Shown: positions 58,548 to 64,000 of the stretch, in pieces | How the letters are laid out: the number at the start of each line of letters is the position of its first letter | Position numbering within the stretch: position 1 is the stretch's first letter | From: Candidatus Anderseniibacteriota bacterium | GTDB lineage: Bacteria; Patescibacteriota; Andersenbacteria; UBA10190 | Direction: 5' to 3' | Assembly: GCA_040876835.1 (NCBI GenBank) | Contig: JBBDOX010000018.1 | Span: forward strand, 18,232-82,231 | Length of the DNA: 64,000 nucleotides | Program-made: the position numbers and the translations under genes | Notes under the pieces: model-generated | Databases searched by the model: none | What the model was told of the DNA's origin: nothing | What the model saw: only the letters and a program-made list of their open reading frames with translations

Positions 58548-59168
58548 CTAGTCCTTTGAGAGAATGCCACCTTCGTAGAGAATCAACTGAACGGAGAGAA
58601 ATAATCCCGCTCCTACGGTATTCATCAGGAGGTCGAGTGAGGTATCAAACCCAGCTCCGATGGTATGGGTCCCCAAACTCTGATCTAAAAATAATTCCAC
58701 GATTTCGTTCATTACTCCGGCGAGGGAGGTTATTGATAATACCAACAGGGATGTGTAGTACGGATGCTCCCGCCAGACCTTTTGCGGCAAGTACTTTAAA
58801 AAGAATATCCAGACGATATACGCAAAAAGAATGAAGGTGGCAAAGTGCTCGGCCCGGTTAATGATGGGAGCCTTTTCCTGAGCCTGAACTAAAATAGAAA
58901 AGAAATTAAGCAGAACGATGGCAAAAAGCAGAGGAAATGCGAAAGCCAGGTTAATACCCCGCTGCTTAAACCGGTAGTAGATTAGCTCCGAGGCAACATA
59001 GATTCCAATCAAGTAGAGGAACCAGTAGACGCTTAATTTTGAATTCGGAAACCACTGCAGCAGACTTGCCAGTATGGCAAAACAGAAAAATCCCACCAAG
59101 ACAATCCGGCTAGCAATAAGGATGAGCGGCGTCCCTTTTTTTGTAAAAATTTCGGCCGGATCTTTCAT
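58548..59168 (-). CDS. hypothetical membrane protein (DUF2238/VanZ-like)
   Basis: EHF..., NEIVE, DTSLDLLMN.VG; multiple TMs. Confidence 0.7.
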   Translation of the reverse strand: MKDPAEIFTKKGTPLILIASRIVLVGFFCFAILASLLQWFPNSKLSVYWFLYLIGIYVASELIYYRFKQRGINLAFAFPLLFAIVLLNFFSILVQAQEKAPIINRAEHFATFILFAYIVWIFFLKYLPQKVWREHPYYTSLLVLSITSLAGVMNEIVELFLDQSLGTHTIGAGFDTSLDLLMNTVGAGLFLSVQLILYEGGILSKD

Positions 59169-59188
59169 TCCCAGCGTGTGTTAAAAAC

Positions 59189-59836
59189 CTAGGCGCTGGG
59201 GATGGAGTCGCGAACAATATTGGGAGACTTAGTACTGAAAACCTCCTCCGGCTGCATTTCACGCGGTAATTTATTAACTAGTTCCTTATAAGGGCCGCTG
59301 AATATCTGGCGCAGGAAAGTATCGCTGAAGTTTAAACGATATTGCAGCTCATTCATGGTCATAGGCGTATAACTGATTTCCCGGTTGATTTGCTGCTCAA
59401 TGCGCTTGGCAAACATGTCCAGTCGCTGTTCGCTTATGTTCCCGACAATGAACAGGTCAGTCGGGGCACCATGTGCACTAGTAAAATATCCTGTCACACA
59501 AGCGTATTGCACATCCCCTACGTTCTCAATGTGTTTGAACAAGACATCCTCTACTCCTGGACCGGCTTTTTTCATGATGGAAGCCAGCTCTTCATATAAC
59601 GCGAACCCTTCATCGACAACGTAATACTTGCGACGACGCTCGTCGTAGGTCTTGAGCATGCCGATTTTCTCCAGAATTTCTAGCTCGCGACGAACAGCGT
59701 TCAGTCGCTCATTAACTGTGCGGGAAATCTCGCGCACAAAATATGGTCGCTTAACACCGGTAGTAAAAAGAGTAATTATTTTTACTCGTGTACGGGAGCC
59801 AAATATTTTCTCTAACGGAAACGGTTGGTTAGCCAT
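59189..59836 (-). CDS. winged-HTH regulator with nucleotidyltransferase-like C-terminus
   Basis: FGSRTRVK, FVREISR, AVRREL, DLFIVG; start at ATG 59836. Confidence 0.8.
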   Translation of the reverse strand: MANQPFPLEKIFGSRTRVKIITLFTTGVKRPYFVREISRTVNERLNAVRRELEILEKIGMLKTYDERRRKYYVVDEGFALYEELASIMKKAGPGVEDVLFKHIENVGDVQYACVTGYFTSAHGAPTDLFIVGNISEQRLDMFAKRIEQQINREISYTPMTMNELQYRLNFSDTFLRQIFSGPYKELVNKLPREMQPEEVFSTKSPNIVRDSIPSA

Positions 59837-59968
59837 ATTGCGTATTAGGAGTGTACTTCGAGGCCTCAAAATACGCAACCACCTCCACCTGCTCCCTGGG
59901 GTAGTCTTTATGAAGCCTTCTTTGAAAGCCTGCTTCATATCCTTGAATCGAGTGTTATACTGTTCTTT

Positions 59969-62197
59969 ATGCCAAATCCTTCGGATGGAAAACTGCTTCA
60001 GCCCGATGTAACAGAACTAATTCTGTGTGAAAATGATGCCTACGCCTGTGAAACATACATTTTCGAACCATCGCCTGGTGAACAACGTTTGGGGTACCTG
60101 TTTGCTGCAGCTGAAACAGAAAACCGAGATGGGATCGGATCAGAGTTATTGGATACCATTATTACAGCTATTCAAAAGGAATATTTCCGGGACAAGCAAC
60201 GCAGCCCCGAGACAAGCTTTGAAATGGCCCTACATCAGGCCAACCTTATTCTGCATGACACAGCCGATCAGGGACTAAGAGATTGGATGCGCCATTTTCA
60301 CGTTGCCATCGGAGCCCTGGCTGGTCACAATCTTCACTTAAGCATCGCCGGTAACGGACGGGCCTTCTTGTCCCGCAAAAGCAATCTAACTGATATTTCT
60401 GAGGGATTATCCCAAGGAGTTATCACCGATCCTCTCCAAACATTCTCTCAGGTAGCCAGCGGAGAAATTCAGCCGCGGGATACTCTCTTTCTGGCCACCT
60501 CCGCGTTTGGAGAAATGTTTCGTCCCATTGATATTACACGCCTGACTTTAGACCACTCGGCCACCACAATTTCCGGCCGCCTGGGACAACTATACAGTGA
60601 TCAGCGGCACACTGACCCCCTGGCTTTCGTAACCGTTGCCTTACTGCCACAGTACGTAGTCAAGCCGGCCAGCCGGCGCAGTTCCGATGAGCCCAACATT
60701 CGAAGAGCGGCCCCGCCTATCTCTCAGGAGCAAATAAAGCCCCGGCAACCCCTGGTTATTCACCGCTCCACCTTTCAGCGTATCCTGCTGTTTATCGCCC
60801 AGTTGGCAGTCACGGCCTGGAAAACAATTCAACTGCGCCTGTGGCCCCTGATGAAAAAAGGTTCGGTCAAGAGCGGTCGGGTTATGGTTTCAGCCTCCAA
60901 GGCTACGGGTCGAAACATCCATTCCCTAGCCCAGCGCCGCAAAAAGGACGAGCAGTCCCGCTCGATCACTCTGCGAGCCCCTCATATCTCCCGGGATTCT
61001 ATCCGTAACGGTATTGGAGTAGCAGTAGCGTATGTGATCTCTATCCCCCTGCGGGCAAAATATGCCTTCACTGCTTTGCCACGAATGGGGAAGATTTTTG
61101 GAGTCTTGTCCTTAGCCTTAGTTATTGCGCTAGTTACCAGTCTGTTTCTCTTACGCGAAAAACGTACGGCTGATGAAGACATCCAACGCGCCAGCGAACT
61201 ACTTCATGAAGCAACTACGAAAGCTCAGGCGGCGGAGACAGCTTTAATTTATGATAACCGAGACCAGGCAACGGGTTTGCTGGGTGAGGCTCAGAGTATT
61301 GTAACGCAGCTGGTTGCCAGCGGACTGTATGAGGCAGAGGTGAGAAGCCTGCAGACAGATATAACTGGTCAATACGATCGACTGCAACGCATTACCCGCA
61401 CTGATGATTCTTCGGTGCGTGTGATTACGGATCTGGCCACGATTACATCCAAGCAGCCCCGGGTTCTCTTTGCCACTCCGGACGCGTTGTACACAATCCA
61501 CCCGGAAACCAACGCTATCATTAAAATAAACCCAGATGGGGCTGCTCAGACCGTTCACGAAACCAGTGAAGGCGTCGGATTTGTTACCGGAGGTGTATCT
61601 CATCCTTCTGATAAAATGCTGATCTTTCGCACCTCTCCGGCTGGTATCGCAACCTATGACACCGTGGATGGGTCGTTTACCCAGCAGGAGATCTCATTCT
61701 CTTCACAACAGCCAGACATCAAGGATATCGCTGTTTACGGTAACCGCCTGTATGTTTATGATGCTGCCGCTGATCAGATTCTGTCATACAACAAAACATT
61801 ACGCGGCTACAGCAGTGGCTCAGCCTGGATTGAAGATCAGAGTTTCCCCAAGGATTCAATTGAGAGCCTGGCCATTGATGGCAGCGCATATACATTGCAT
61901 TCCGACGGGACAATTCGCCGACTGTTTAAAGGAGTGGCCGCAGACTTCGTGCCAGAGAAAGTTGAACCTTCTCTCCAAGGATCCACTAAAATCATTACTA
62001 CCGAAAGTGCCAATAATATATACGTTATCGATCCCGCGAATCGACGCGTGATAATATTCTCGAAAAAAGGAACCCTGATTAGTCAGCTCGTTATAAGTTC
62101 AGCTACAACAGTGAGTGACATTGCTGTCAGCGATGATGAAACTAAACTATACGTCCTGGACGGAACGCGCGTCCTGGAAGTCTCGCTGGTAAAGTAA
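59969..62197 (+). CDS. membrane protein with PP2C-like N-terminus and C-terminal beta-propeller
   Basis: TFSQVASGEIQPRDTLFL; TM near aa 375; NHL-like YVIDPANRRV. Confidence 0.7.
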   Translation: MPNPSDGKLLQPDVTELILCENDAYACETYIFEPSPGEQRLGYLFAAAETENRDGIGSELLDTIITAIQKEYFRDKQRSPETSFEMALHQANLILHDTADQGLRDWMRHFHVAIGALAGHNLHLSIAGNGRAFLSRKSNLTDISEGLSQGVITDPLQTFSQVASGEIQPRDTLFLATSAFGEMFRPIDITRLTLDHSATTISGRLGQLYSDQRHTDPLAFVTVALLPQYVVKPASRRSSDEPNIRRAAPPISQEQIKPRQPLVIHRSTFQRILLFIAQLAVTAWKTIQLRLWPLMKKGSVKSGRVMVSASKATGRNIHSLAQRRKKDEQSRSITLRAPHISRDSIRNGIGVAVAYVISIPLRAKYAFTALPRMGKIFGVLSLALVIALVTSLFLLREKRTADEDIQRASELLHEATTKAQAAETALIYDNRDQATGLLGEAQSIVTQLVASGLYEAEVRSLQTDITGQYDRLQRITRTDDSSVRVITDLATITSKQPRVLFATPDALYTIHPETNAIIKINPDGAAQTVHETSEGVGFVTGGVSHPSDKMLIFRTSPAGIATYDTVDGSFTQQEISFSSQQPDIKDIAVYGNRLYVYDAAADQILSYNKTLRGYSSGSAWIEDQSFPKDSIESLAIDGSAYTLHSDGTIRRLFKGVAADFVPEKVEPSLQGSTKIITTESANNIYVIDPANRRVIIFSKKGTLISQLVISSATTVSDIAVSDDETKLYVLDGTRVLEVSLVK

Positions 62198-62199
62198 AA

Positions 62200-63999
62200 T
62201 TAAGAGGCTCGCTCAAATTGAGCTGGGTTAATAGTCACAGCTACGCCCGGTTGAGTGCCTCCGGATGCCACCTGCCGGGCGACAGCATACTCCACTGTAT
62301 CTTGAATAGCGCGCGCCATAGGGCGAGCCCCAAACTCGGGATTGTATCCAACTTTCACCAGGAAGTTAATCAGCTCATCGGTAACATTCACCGTAATACC
62401 ATGCTGGGAATCCAGTCGCTTGTTTAGCTTCTTGAGCATTAATGAAGCTACTTGACGGATATGTTCCTGCGTTAAGGGCGTAAAGGTAACCACGCCATCA
62501 AAGCGGTTTAATTCTTCCGGACGAAACAGCCCTTCAGACAAGATATGATCTCGCAGCGTCTTTTCGAAGTCCGCAGGAACTTTTCCTTGCTCATCAACAC
62601 TGGTCCGGATTAATTCAGCCCCGGCATTGCTGGTGGCAACAATAATGGTGTTACGAAAAGAATATTTACGACCATAGGCATCAGTAATATATCCCTCATC
62701 AAATACTGGCAGGAAGAGCTGCTTAACTAATCGGTCAGCTTTCTCAAACTCGTCCAGCAACAACACTGCATAGGGATGATCAGCCACCATTGATGTCAGG
62801 CGTCCAGTTTTGTGTTCTGCGCCCCCCAGTAAACGTACAACTCCTCCCTCTCCCTGAAATTCTGTCATGTCCAGACGCTGTAAATTCTCACCTGATCCGA
62901 AAAACGCTTCGGCGAGAGCTTTGGCAGTTTCGGTTTTACCTACACCCGTGGGCCCTAAAAACAGAAATGTTCCAATTGGTTTTTCACGACTGCCCACTCC
63001 GGCCCGAGCGCGAACCATGGCCCGAGACACCGCCGCTACTCCCTGCACCTGGTTAACTACTCGCTGGTGAATAAAGTCTTCCAGGTGAAGCAACCGCTCA
63101 CCCTCGAGTCCCTTAATCTTCCCCATGCGGATTCCCGTCTTGCGAGTAATCAATTCGTTCACATCATCAGCTGAAAGCTGTCGTTTTTGTTGAGCCTGAG
63201 CATTTACAATAATTTCTTCTAATATGTCGAAGGCTTTTTCCGGGAATGGTACGTATGGCAAAATATCTGCTGTTGCTTCGACAATTTCTCGCAACACTTT
63301 GTACGGTATATTCACGTTTGCCCTCTGCTCCCAAGCACTCTTGGTAAGGGCCAACAGCTGCAGAGTGCTTTGTTCATCCAGTGGAGGTACTTGTACCATC
63401 TCAAACAGATGCATCAGGTCGTCATTTGCTTTGAGTCGTTCGTGATATTCCTGGGTAGCCATAATGACAACTACACGGAGACCGGAAGATGAAAAGAACG
63501 GCAGCAACACGTCAGTGAGATTAATGCGCTCCTCACCGGTGACGCCCAAGATACTGCCCACGCCATCGAGAACCGCAATAATGTTGCCCGCACGTTGCAT
63601 TTCCGCCAACGCCTTGGAGATAAGCTGCATCTGCTGAGGTCCTGAGGCCCCTAGCGAGAGAAGCTGGCCGATGTGAATATATACTACCCGACTACCATTA
63701 AGCGCCGGGTGAGCTATCTGCGCATCTACACGACGAGACAACTCTTTAATGACTCCCAGCCGCCCGACACCTGGTTGGCCCACCAACAATACGTTGCTCT
63801 GCCGAGTGCGAGCTAAAGACGTAATAAGTTGGTCAACCTGATCGAAGTGTCCATAGGGTTGGTCCCATATATTGCCAGAGGGAATATGAGCAAAGCTATC
63901 AATAAAGGGAGTGAACCCTGCCGCCCAGGAGAATCCGACTCCAGTAAAATTTACCAAGGCCTCCCTGTCCCACCAACGCTTTTTGTTTTCCCGTTCGAT
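62200..63999 (-). CDS. ClpA/ClpB-family AAA+ ATPase, 5'-truncated by window
   Basis: NBD2 GPTGVGKT, LLDEFEKA, FGARP; the frame is open to the window end. Confidence 0.9.
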   Translation of the reverse strand: MERENKKRWWDREALVNFTGVGFSWAAGFTPFIDSFAHIPSGNIWDQPYGHFDQVDQLITSLARTRQSNVLLVGQPGVGRLGVIKELSRRVDAQIAHPALNGSRVVYIHIGQLLSLGASGPQQMQLISKALAEMQRAGNIIAVLDGVGSILGVTGEERINLTDVLLPFFSSSGLRVVVIMATQEYHERLKANDDLMHLFEMVQVPPLDEQSTLQLLALTKSAWEQRANVNIPYKVLREIVEATADILPYVPFPEKAFDILEEIIVNAQAQQKRQLSADDVNELITRKTGIRMGKIKGLEGERLLHLEDFIHQRVVNQVQGVAAVSRAMVRARAGVGSREKPIGTFLFLGPTGVGKTETAKALAEAFFGSGENLQRLDMTEFQGEGGVVRLLGGAEHKTGRLTSMVADHPYAVLLLDEFEKADRLVKQLFLPVFDEGYITDAYGRKYSFRNTIIVATSNAGAELIRTSVDEQGKVPADFEKTLRDHILSEGLFRPEELNRFDGVVTFTPLTQEHIRQVASLMLKKLNKRLDSQHGITVNVTDELINFLVKVGYNPEFGARPMARAIQDTVEYAVARQVASGGTQPGVAVTINPAQFERAS

Positions 64000-64000
64000 C

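Noticed and set aside
1-64000. CRISPR array, rRNA, transposase or alternative genetic code
   Set aside because: No regularly spaced repeats, rRNA or transposase motifs; conserved genes such as grpE and ctpA end at TGA with full-length products, consistent with code 11

Overview
Chromosomal window of a small-genome bacterium whose gene content and architecture fit Patescibacteria/CPR (Parcubacteria-like); this is inferred from gene content, not from a marker search. The core backbone includes rpmA, pyrG, rplI, ctpA, aspS, hrcA-grpE-dnaK-dnaJ with a perfect CIRCE, cysS, dnaB, recR, rplU, lexA, rmuC, ribE, sodA, the mraZ-rsmH-ftsL-ftsI-murF-like cluster, tRNA-Lys(TTT), tRNA-Glu(CTC) and a probable 6S RNA. 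About 15 self-contained orphan cassettes are scattered through it. The best candidate for a new system lies next to tRNA-Lys: a TrmB-like regulator, a palindromic operator, a radical-SAM enzyme with an atypical CX5CX3C motif, and a small peptide with a duplicated MVLGNEMA unit (RiPP-like). A second window-wide signal is two coexisting expression regimes. Many core genes look leaderless (TANNNT 6-8 nt before the start codon, mostly no SD), whereas orphan cassettes have a leader with a boxA-like motif, a strong SD and their own terminator. Other points are two tandem pairs of diverged orphan paralogues, an attenuator-like structured unit upstream of aspS, a giant phage-tail-fibre-mosaic surface protein and several enzymes with degenerate motifs. 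I saw no CRISPR array, rRNA, integrase or transposase.
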